Below, piece after piece: positions 13,160-23,278 of a stretch of DNA of 64,000 nucleotides (the stretch's first letter is position 1; the number at the start of each line of letters is the position of its first letter). Below the pieces are notes generated by a model that was not told the origin of the DNA, ran no database searches, and saw only the letters and a list, made by a program, of their open reading frames with translations. This DNA comes from Utricularia gibba (taxonomy: Eukaryota; Plantae; Magnoliophyta): assembly GCA_002189035.1 (NCBI GenBank), contig NEEC01000013.1, forward strand, positions 558,001 through 622,000. Reading direction: 5' to 3'. A program made the position numbers and the translations under genes.

Positions 13160-13860
13160 TTTTGAGGCACCAGAGTCGCTAATGTGGGTGCCTCCGTCAC
13201 CCGTAAAATTATATTTTCTAGGCACCCGTACCCTAATATTTGGGAATTGCGCAATTTTAAAAGAAGACTTAATTTTCAAAAATATACCATTGTTTTCGTG
13301 CATTAATTGGATTATAAGAAATTGAAAATGAAATTTTTTCATATATCCTAAATATTACAAAAAAAATTAAATGGCATGTTAATTAAACATTGAAATAAAA
13401 TTTTAGTAAATAAAAAATTTTCATGTGTCGTTTAGACCATCTTCCAGACACCTACATTGTATCGTGTGGGTGTTTGGAAAGAGACTAGGATTCCCTTTTC
13501 CAAGCACTCACAATGCCTCGCGTGAGTGTCTGGGAAGACTAGGCGAGACCATTTTCAGGCACCCATATTTGCACATGTGGGTATCTGGGAGTGTGCAATC
13601 ATATTCCAGGCACTCTATTTTTAGGAACGATAAGGATCGAGTCCATTATTTATTTGACTTAAAAATATTGCACTCTATACGTACGTTTTCTAAGGATCGA
13701 ATATTAGTGTATAATAAAAAAGTGCACTCTATATTTAGGAACGATAAGGATCGAGTGTATTATTTATTTGACTTGAAAATATTAAACTCTATCCTTATGT
13801 TCGATCCGTATGAGTGCAACCCTATTCCAGGCACCCACATTTGCGCATGTGGGTGTCTGG
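13160..13860. repeat. Array of palindromic units TTCCAGGCACCCACA-N8-TGTGGGTGTCTGG between the cargo gene and the transposase
   Basis: Units at about 13163, 13442, 13498, 13552, 13604 and 13824. The period is about 55 bp in the core. The unit at 13604 is followed by a 114-bp-period tandem duplication (13611 and 13725). Confidence 0.88.
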
Positions 13861-13985
13861 TAAGGATGCATCCAAACGTTTTGGTAAGTGCTCAGATCAT
13901 ATAATTTTAATGAAAGGCATGAATACAACGTACTTCATCTTCATACAAAGTAATAGTACTTCATGAAGCACACAATGTTATCAAA

Positions 13986-16083
13986 TTAGGAGTCTTCAAC
14001 TTCATCTTCACTTGAACTTGAGGATAATGTTTGATTTTTTTTCAATGATTCTAGCCAATCCTTTAGACAAATGCATGCCTCCAGGGTCTCTACGTTCAAC
14101 TTGGACCGCTTGTGATTAAGAACTCGTCCCCCTGCACTAAACGCACTTTCGGATGCCACTATACATGCTGAAGTTGTTAGAAGATCTTTGGCCATTCTAG
14201 CCAAGATAGAGTATGTAGTAGAATTTGTCTTCCACCAACCCAATATATTAAAGTTGTCATCATCAACACCCTCAACAATAGGAGTATTATTGTAAAGTGT
14301 AATTTGATCAACAGAATTTAATGAAGATGATAAAGAGGATGACACAAATGAGCTATGTTTTCTACGAATAATGTCCATCAGATTGCGACTGCCAAACATC
14401 GAATTATTACATGTTTTAAGAATAGGAACACTAAGATCACTATATTTAGAAGCATAAAGGGAATATTTAGCATGTAAAATGTTGTTAGCATCAACATCTA
14501 TTTCTTCACAATTTTTAATGGAAAAAGCAACATCATCTACACTAAATGACTACGAAATGCATTCAAGTAATGTTTTCACACCTCTAGATTTAACCCGAGG
14601 ATTCAAAATAGGTGCAATAAGAAACAAATGTGGGATTTCATCAAAATATTTCATATTTTTCATATTTCGCACTACATCCACCAAAAAATCACAATCAGTT
14701 TGATGATCATAAAAAGCAAACGAAATTTTACAAATACATGAAATCACAAGTTGAGAAGTTGGATAATAAATACCACTCAAAATTTTAGTACAAGAATAAA
14801 ATGTTTCTAGTAAATTTACTAAACCTCTTATTTTTTCAAAAATAGAATGAGTCAAGAAATTGAAACCTGTAAAAGATTCACAAAATTGAATAAGAACATT
14901 TTCATAAGGAATCAAAAATTGTTACATATCATATATAGAATTCCATCTAGTTGGACAATCATTTTTAAATTTTCGATAACAGATATTTCTTTTTGACAAA
15001 TCCTCTTAAAATCATCTCTTTTGTTAGGTGTAGTTCTAATCATACCCACTAAATCATGAATAGGAGTTAAAAAAATTTCACATTCTTTTAAACCATTTTG
15101 AATACACAAATTTAAGATATGACAAGTGCATCTAGTGTGGAAAAAAATGCTATTCAATATAGGATTCATGCTACTTTTCAAAATATCAATAGCATTTGTA
15201 TTTGCATAGGCATTATCCAAAGAAATAGAAAAAATCCTATCAGATATTCCATAAAATGCTGTGACCTTTTCAATGATTTTAGCAATAGAAAAACCATTAT
15301 TTGGTGATGGCCATTCTTGAAAAGCTAAAATTCGTTTTTGCATACACCAAGAATTATCTACCCAAGAACATGTAATAACAATATAACTCTCATTGTTACA
15401 ACCTTTCTAACCATTACAAGTCAAACAAAAATTACATTGTAGAGATTTAAAAGTAGAAATTAAAGAGTCACGCATGTTTTTAAAATCCTCAAGTGCCATA
15501 TGATGCACGGTTTTCCTGGAAAAATTTTTGTATCCCAATTGAGCTTGTTTCAACATATCATTAAAAGAAGATTTTTCAACTAATGAAAAAAGAAGTTCAT
15601 TAAGTATCAAATAACACACCACACTTACTTGAAAAAGTTTATAATTAAAAATAAAATTAGATAATCCCACACTATTATCACCCCTAAACATAATCTAGTT
15701 TGACGAAACTGTGGTAATTTATCATTATGCTTCTCCCTAACATGCCTCTTATATGTACCGGTTCCCCAACCCTTTTTGAAAGTATACTCTTAACCACAAT
15801 GTTTACAAGAAATTTTTTCGGGATTAGAAACAACAAAATGCTCTCCAACATCCAAAGAATCATCACTAGAATTTTTTGATCTTTTACGAAAAAGGAGACT
15901 CGATGAGGTTGAAGAACCCACTTCTCGAGGACTAGAAAAATCATCATGTTCGGGTAAGGGACCACATTCAAGTTCTTGTAAAAATTGAAGGCCTTCCCCA
16001 AAAGAAAATTCTCTATTATTTTCAAAAACACAAGGTATAGTAGAATCAGATTGAGAAGAATTTTGTAAACCAGACCTCTCCAT
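13986..16083 (-). pseudogene. hAT (Ac/Tam3/RICESLEEPER-like) transposase, disrupted
   Basis: BED finger ISCKHCG*EYTFKKGWGTGTYKRHVREKH; SISLDNAYAN; HTRCTCHILNLCIQ (CxxH); DUF4413-like IYYPTSQL...AFYDH; C-terminal dimerisation domain FNILGWWK...ILARMAKDLL...ASESAFSAGGRVL. Several stops and frameshifts. Confidence 0.95.
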
Positions 16084-16811
16084 GTTGTAAAAAATAAAAA
16101 AAAACCTGTTACCCTGCAGGCCTCATCAATGTCTCCAAGTGGAAATTTGAAACTTGATACTTCAGAGTATCTCCAATCACGAGTTGTATGCAGAAGCTGC
16201 AATAGAATTATTTCTAGTAATGAGTGATGAGATAATAAGAAAAAGTAATGGAAAACTATAAGACAGCCATATCATATATATAGATAATTTTTTTTATTAA
16301 ATTAATAGCAACGGATACTTTCAAATCCATGTGCAACTCCACAGTATGCACAATCACAAATGCATGTACTAGCCGTTGAGATTAATATATACATAAAAAA
16401 TATATTTTAAATATGATGCTGCCACGGCAATCTTCACATGAGTATTTTAAATATATATTTATGTTTAAATATGCATTGTACTACAAATATGGATAAATTA
16501 GAGATATTGGCAACGCATAACTAGTTATTGAGAAAACTATGTAGGTAATGAAATGTTAAAATATTTATTTGGTTGAACTATCGAAATTATTCAATAAATT
16601 TGTGTAATTTAGTATTTTTCTATTGAGGTTATACATTTTATATTTATTAATTTCATTCTAATTTTATAATTTATAGTATATAAATAAATGAAATAAATTA
16701 TTAAAGTGATAAAATTATCAGTAATTGAAAACATATACAATAAAATTACATTTTTTCAGACACCAACATTAGTTTGTGAGTGTTCAGGAAGAACATCTGA
16801 AAGATAGAGAC

Positions 16812-16968
16812 CATTCCCTGGCCACCCGCATTTAATCATGCCTCATGTAAGAGTGTCATGAGGGTGGCTGAGATCATTTTCCAGGCACCCACATCTATTG
16901 TCAGTGTGTCTGGGAAGGAGTGTTTCAGAAGATTTTCTAGGCACCCACTTCCATCGTATGGTGTCTGA
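16812..16968. repeat. Three further palindromic CCAGGCACCC units near the right end of the hAT
   Basis: Units at about 16815 (diverged), 16878 and 16935, about 60-bp period; same consensus as 13442-13860. Confidence 0.8.
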
Positions 16969-17046
16969 AATCATATACATTTATTTATTTATTTATTTAT
17001 TTAATTTTTTAATTTTTTTCTAATTTTTTAATTTTTTAATTTTTTT

Positions 17047-17240
17047 CGGTTCCGAACCGTGTACAGTACGGTTCATACACGGGTCAGAACCGTCGGTTCC
17101 ACGGTTCCAAATTTGCCGAATCGAACCGAAACTGTATGGTTCCGGTTCCGGAACTAGAACCGTACGAACATCCACCTCTTGAAACCAAACTGGAACCGGA
17201 ACCGGAACCGCGGTTCCAGTTCGAACCGAATCCACCTCTA
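17047..17240. repeat. Right subterminal repeat array and TIR of the hAT element
   Basis: Dense GAACC/AACCG/CGGTT repeats ending in GAACCGAATCCACCTCTA. Confidence 0.9.
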
Positions 17241-19997
17241 GTTTTTCCTATTTTATCAACCTCTTTAAGTATTGTCCCTTTTTAGCATTACTCAAATTTG
17301 AATGTTGATTTTTATTACTTTCATCGAAAATAAACAAGATTACATTATTATGATGATGAAGCCTCATTATTTTTACAAAATCATCATGATTTTCGTCTTC
17401 TTAATCTATTGGGAGTGAAATCCTATTATCTCCACCCTCATTTCATATCTCATTTGTCTAAGCATGCTCAATGCAAGTATATTGACCAATTCTTTTTCTT
17501 CAATCTTAGCTCCTTTGTTTTTGCTTAAAGCCATGCTTCTTTTTTTTTTTTTTTTTTGAAGATTTTGTTGTCCTTTTACAATTTTTCTTAATGATATTTG
17601 TTTTTAGTTTAAAATTTTTCGTGTATCTACTCCCCTCTAATAAATAAAAATTTTCAATTCATTGCAAGATATTAAATTTTTTATATCAAATAAAATTTAT
17701 AAAGTCCTAATGCATATGAATGAACAAATCCCCATAAAAATGTCAATGGCTTCAGAACGAATTCAAAAAACTAAGTACTTGTTGTGCTGAAGCGCATGCA
17801 TTCTGGTATCAAATTCAATTTAGTATTAGCTAATAATATCATGGCTTCAATAATAATTATAAAAAAAAAGACAATAGAGTTCTAATTCCAATTGATAGAA
17901 CAAAACTAGAATACCTTGAAGTTTTAGTAATGGAATGCTCACTCAACTCATGGTCCCAAAATACTTATACATGCTCTCATCTTAAATGAACCAAATCATT
18001 TCTCTTGATTTCAACTTAGCATCTTGTATCATGCTCTCACATTTGCAAATCTGAAACCAAATCAACGATCCGTTGCATTCCGTCTTCCCGAAACAAAGAC
18101 ATTTGTAATAATCTCAATGCGTTGGAGAGCTATCCAGATCTTCAGAAAAAGACATTGTATGTTCATTTATTCTTGCCTTCTTCGAATCCTCTTATTTTCT
18201 TTAACAATATTCACAAGCAATTTGTTAAAGCCAAGGATTTGTGAATCAGACAAGCACATGTATGAAGTTCAAATTGGTAAAAAACATTAATCACATTTAA
18301 AAAGATTTAACTCAATCAATTACAAGCAGTCCACAATATCTTGTATATGTATATCACTTAATGTTTTTTTTATATGAGGCTACTTGCTCTAATACCCGCT
18401 TTTAAGTTGAATTGACATTAATTAGGTTAATATTTTTTTTGGTTATTATAAGTATTGCTCAATTTATAGATAAATTTTATTATTATCATATAAACCTAAT
18501 GTATGACCTTGCTTTTTTTTAATCGAAACTCATAACAGCACATAAGGTCCATCTTAGCCACCTAAGTTTTAAGTCAAATGTTCTAATATTATGTTGAAAT
18601 AAAAAATCTGATGGATCGGACAATCACATTTGAAAAAATTAAAACTAATCAATTATTAATGATTTATAATCTCTTACATATTAATCATATTATTTTAATT
18701 TTTTGATATTAATTATTTTTTTTAACAATTCCAATGTACTTCAAGCCTTCGTTTTTCTTAGCAAATGAATGAATGCAAAAAAGTAACATTCTCATGTTGG
18801 CAATCCCTCCAAGGTGGGAGGGTGTACGGACGATCGGAAAGAGGCTTAGGATGGATGCTCGGTTAGGTGAGGGTTTTTCCCCTTATTATTCACTTGGAAA
18901 AGTACCTTTTCTATTTTTTTAAATAACCAAATATCATATGTTATTTCCTTGTAATTTTGTGATTAATTTAAACTTTGAAATTAATAAAATCACAATATAA
19001 AGCTATAAAACTATAAAGAGTGAACGAACTCTGAAAATCAAATTTCAAAATTTTTATGTTGTATTTTACTATTTTTTATCATCTGTAGAAACGGCTACTC
19101 TTCTTGTGATGGTTACTTAGGTTTTGTAAACATGGCACATAAAACTAACAAATTTTCGTCACCTCTCTTGGCCGAAATTTCGCCCAAACCGCACAACTCA
19201 AATCCGAATGACGAATCCGGAAAATGAGTTTAAGCTTTTTTGGGTCGCATGATTAGAAAAGTACCTCGTCCCCACCCACGCATTCCGCGTAGGGTCCGAG
19301 CATATAGCTTTTCTTCCTCCAACCAAAGCAAAGCGAGCTCCCCACGACCACTACGGCTACACGCAATTGGCTCGCAGATGATTGTCGTCCAAAAAAATAA
19401 AGAAACCCCTTAGTGGGCATCAACTTTTGTAGCAGATAGCAGCATCCCCCCACTCACCTCTCCAGATATTTTGGGTTTTCACTTCCTAGTTACTTTCATT
19501 ACCGCTCACACTCTACGAAGTTTAAGAGTGCGGTAATAAACCGGATCTCGTACAGGCGTTGACAGGAGGGAGTCTCGACTCTCGCACCCCCCTGGTGTTG
19601 TGCTAGGCTTGGGGGGTCCAAGTGTTTTAGGGAAAGAAGAAAAACCCATGGGCCCCGACGAAAAGGCAATGTTGCTTTCCACAAGACACTGGGAATCCTC
19701 TGTTCACACTTCATCTTCGGCCAACATTCCAACGTTAACATTCCATTGGTTAACCCTCAAACCCAATTGTAGTACGTGTTTTGTATTCTAGAAGTGAAAG
19801 AATAATGTATCTAACCAATTTATCGACGGCCGTGCATTGTGTATAGGGAAAAAAACAATAGCCACAAGAAAAAGAATAACATACAGAATTTGAACATATA
19901 TTTTGGCCCAAATGAAATTCCGTGGAATTCGAAGTCCACAGGAGAATCTAACTTCCTTCATAAAAAGCCTTGAGCTTCACACAACTTCCTTGGGCGA

Positions 19998-20245
19998 ATG
20001 GAGAGAGACAAGTATTGTGAAACAGGTGATGAAGATGAGGCTGCGGAGGATGAAGAAAGTTCGTGGGTTGCTGCTTCCAAACCAGGATCCTCTCAGCCGC
20101 GTTCCTGCCAAGTCGATGACTGTACGGCCAACCTGACTTCTGCAAAGCTATACCATCGTCGCCATAAAGTTTGTGAGTTTCATGCTAAGGCTGCAGCAGT
20201 TCTTCTTCAAGGATCGCAGCAGCGCTTCTGTCAGCAGTGCAGCAG
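19998..20245 (+). CDS. SPL3-like: SBP-box (SQUAMOSA promoter-binding-like) transcription factor, SPL3/4/5 type, exon 1
   Basis: MERDKY...[28 protein letters not shown]...QRFCQQCSR. An in-frame TGA at 19971 lies upstream of the ATG. The donor AG|GTTTGT is at the conserved SBP intron position. Confidence 0.95.
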
Positions 20246-20790
20246 GTTTGTTCTCCGCAACTCTTTGTTTAAGTGTGTTCGTGTAGCCGGCCTCCTCACT
20301 GAAAAAGAAAAAAAATATTGAATCGTAAAATGATGAAACGAATTTCATGTCTGAGCCTGAAAAGTCCAGTTCTGACTTGCATCCCACGTCGAGTAATGAT
20401 ATGGGAAATGAAAACTTTAAGTCACTTACACGACTAGGTTGAAGGTAACACTTTTTAGGGTGTTTAGTTCTACTTATTATGAAGTGGTTCCACTTGCGTA
20501 GATCCTAAACAACAATCGCATGTATGAAGGTTAGACGTATTAATTGGAGGTTGAGTTGTTATAAGTTTATGTGCAATTTTGTGCATGAACAAAGCACTAC
20601 CAAACTCAAATGGGACAGGTACTTCATAGTAGCAAAAGGAGCTGAAACCTGAAACTTTTGTTTTTCTATTTCTCTACTCACTGTTTTTTTTTTTTTTTTC
20701 AGGTAAGTGGTTATTTTTCGAATAAAAAACACGTCATGCAAATAGAATAAACTTCTTTCAGTTTCTGAATGTCTGATTCATGCTCTTCAG

Positions 20791-20890
20791 GTTTCATGAA
20801 CTGTCTGAGTTTGACGACTCGAAGAGAAGCTGCCGCAGACGTCTGGCTGGCCACAACGAGCGACGCCGCAAGAGCACGTGTGATTCTTAA
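20791..20890 (+). CDS. SPL3-like: SPL3/4/5-type gene, exon 2 (115 aa total)
   Basis: Acceptor TTCAG| followed by (R)[32 protein letters not shown], which includes the bipartite NLS. Joined CDS is 348 nt. Confidence 0.95.
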
Positions 20891-20920
20891 TGAGTAGAGT
20901 AGAGGGATGTTATTGTAAGC

Positions 20921-20958
20921 TAGTAGTAGTGGTAGTAGTAGTAGTCGTCGTCGTCGTC
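20921..20958 (+). repeat. Compound (GTA)n(GTC)n microsatellite in the SPL 3' UTR
   Basis: TAGTAGTAGTGGTAGTAGTAGTAGTCGTCGTCGTCGTC. Confidence 0.9.
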
Positions 20959-21018
20959 TTTGTAAGACGAAGAGCATCTGGCACAAACACTGGGATTAGG
21001 TGTTGGTGAACATGTAGG

Positions 21019-21038
21019 GTGCTTTCTATCTTCTGTCA
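21019..21038 (+). promoter_or_regulatory. miR156/miR157 target site in the SPL 3' UTR
   Basis: GTGCTTTCTATCTTCTGTCA, about 130 nt after the stop. A 3' UTR location is typical of the SPL3/4/5 clade. Confidence 0.93.
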
Positions 21039-21299
21039 CTTGTGTATTTGCCTTTCATAAAAAGAACTTGTTCTGGTTGTTCAACTTGGACAAGTTGTGG
21101 GAGATGCATGCTTATCCATACATCTGCTCACAATCCCAGATCAGACCTGCTTCTAAGATCCAGGAGTATTGAGAGATGAAATTCAGAGCACTTGTTTTTT
21201 TTATCAGTACAAATTTTGCATTTTTATCTTCAGCAACAAAAATAGACGTATCTATCTTATGCAATTAATTAAAGCATTGGATGGACAAACTGATCATCC

Positions 21300-21973
21300 G
21301 TACCAATTTATAGCTCACATATTATACCTTTTCCAATAAATATGATGATCAACATTCGATTTGTTTGAACGTTTGGTATTTCTTCGACTCAAATAGCCCA
21401 TATTGTAACATATGACCCGACCCTTATAGTCTTCTTAATTTTTTATGATGTTACATGTGTTGGAGAGTACGGCCATATCTATTCATCTGCTACAACATCA
21501 TTGGATTTGCTTCTTCTTGATAAAAACAGATTAATGTTCCCCTATTACTTCTCCATTACCTTCTTTACTTTGTTCTCTAACACGTTATTGATAATCTTAT
21601 ATTGCATCCCAACTAGACTTATCCGCCTATGGTCAAGATCAGATATTGGTGTTGCTTTTTTCAATATTAGGAAAAGAAAGAGGTATTGGATCCACTACCT
21701 ATTAGGGAAGTAGACACAAATCTTTCATGAAATTCACAATTCCTTCCTTTATTATTTCCCAATCTTTTTTATTATTTCAAAGGATAATCCATCTGGACCT
21801 AGTGCTTTATCATCTCTGCAACTAACACACGGCTTGCTTTATCTCTTCTTCCGTAATGATGCTATCTGTCCCTCTACTTGAAGCTTTTGATCACCCTCTG
21901 CTTGAAGCTTTTGATAGCCTTCTCACACTCGTCAGTTCCTTTCATAGTCAGTCTACAATTAAATGTGTATAAG
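21300..21973 (-). mobile_element. LINE (L1) ORF2, reverse transcriptase N-terminal part
   Basis: ITEEEIKQAVC / DDKALGPDGLSFEIIK / WEIIKEGIVNFMKD, with decayed downstream RT motifs. It continues the LINE at 31075-33450 once the inserts are removed. Confidence 0.8.
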
Positions 21974-23278
21974 TGATAACATACATTTTATTAATATTTT
22001 TATAACATAAAATCATCATGTTTTCTTATTATTCAGGCTTTATTTGTGTGGTTTTTCATATTTTAAGTGATATTTATATTATTTTCATGTTTATGTGTAA
22101 AAATGAATTAAATCACTTGATTTAGTCTGTCTTGTATTATTAATATTTAACTGAGTCTTAACAGAAAAAATAGTAACGAATCTGACTAAAAAGTACAGGC
22201 ATTAAGTCAAAGGGTCACATTATCTGAATGACTACTCAAAAAACACTAGCAATACATAGATGGGAAAACCGAAATATAGACTACTTTTACAATTAATAGG
22301 AGAAATTGGGTTCATGCTTGATCAGTTATCTAGACAATGACCAAGCTCGATGACTCATTGAGACTGTTTGACAATCGCATTAACTAGTCGAGCATATCAT
22401 ACATTCTCAAAGAGTCATTGAGATTGTCATAAAGGAAAATAAATATTTGATTTTGGAAAACATAGAAATTAAAAAAAGAACAGATGGAATGTATCTCTAT
22501 AAATACCCATCAATCATTCTTAAATATCATTTGAGAAATCGGGAGAAATCTAGTTTTGTTGGAGGAGAATTGATGTTAGTAATTTTTTATTTTTAAAATA
22601 TTCTATTTGAATTTTTAATTATATTAATTTGCATGTTGTTAATGTATATTTTAACATTTTTTTGAGTATATTTTTCGAAAGTTAGTTAAATAATTCATTA
22701 GATATATTTAAGTTTGGTTTTTTGAAATATATTTTTGTATTTATTTTTTATGATATGTTTATTTAAAAACATCATTTTTTAAATTGAATTAGTTTACATA
22801 ATTCATTAAATATATTTATGTTTGATATTTTTTAAAATATTTTTAAATTTATTCATGTGTGTATTTTGAGTGTTAAACTTGTTTAATTATATTGGTTTTT
22901 AATATGATCATATGTTTTTTCAAGTGTTAGTCAAATCAAGATTTTTTATTAAATTTGAATGCTAAAAAATTTGGAATAAACCTTATTAATGAGGATAAAT
23001 AATCATATTTTTTTAATTGGATTATGTTATTTATTTAATTAATTTTAATATAATATTCTAATTAATTTTTTTTATGATAGTTTATTTGACATTCACATTA
23101 TTAATGTATATTTGGGTTCTTTTTTATGAAAATATTATGCTCCTTATTTAACACAATTTTCAGATATTATATTTATATAACATCTGTTATTTTTATTTTT
23201 TAATTTCACATATGTATGTATTTTTTCATTATATATATGAAATATTTGTCTAATTTACTGTATTATGATTTTAGGTTT

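Larger units (their letters stand above)
9238..17240 (-). mobile_element. hAT-superfamily DNA transposon (8003 bp) with transposase and a second cargo gene
   Basis: Perfect 18-bp TIRs TAGAGGTGGATTCGGTTC / GAACCGAATCCACCTCTA. 8-bp TSD GTTTTCCC (9230-9237) vs GTTTTTCC (17241-17248), 1 mismatch. hAT transposase motifs lie inside. Confidence 0.95.

Noticed and set aside
9500-13400. Cargo gene as a separate nested element with its own ends
   Set aside because: I found no TIR, LTR or TSD pair bounding it, and the same palindromic motif occurs at both hAT ends and around the cargo. A boundary-eroded nested origin cannot be fully excluded.
13440-13620. CRISPR-like appearance of palindromic repeats with variable linkers
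   Set aside because: This is plant nuclear DNA with no cas genes. The linkers share sequence (GACTAGG, GACCAT), so it is a degenerate tandem array inside a transposon.
20246-20321. ORF-track C-terminus [10 protein letters not shown]... of the SPL protein
   Set aside because: This is read-through into the intron; the conserved SBP domain continues in exon 2 at 20791.
20711-20986. Minus-strand ORF with RRRRRLLLL
   Set aside because: Shadow of SPL exon 2 and the GTA/GTC microsatellite.
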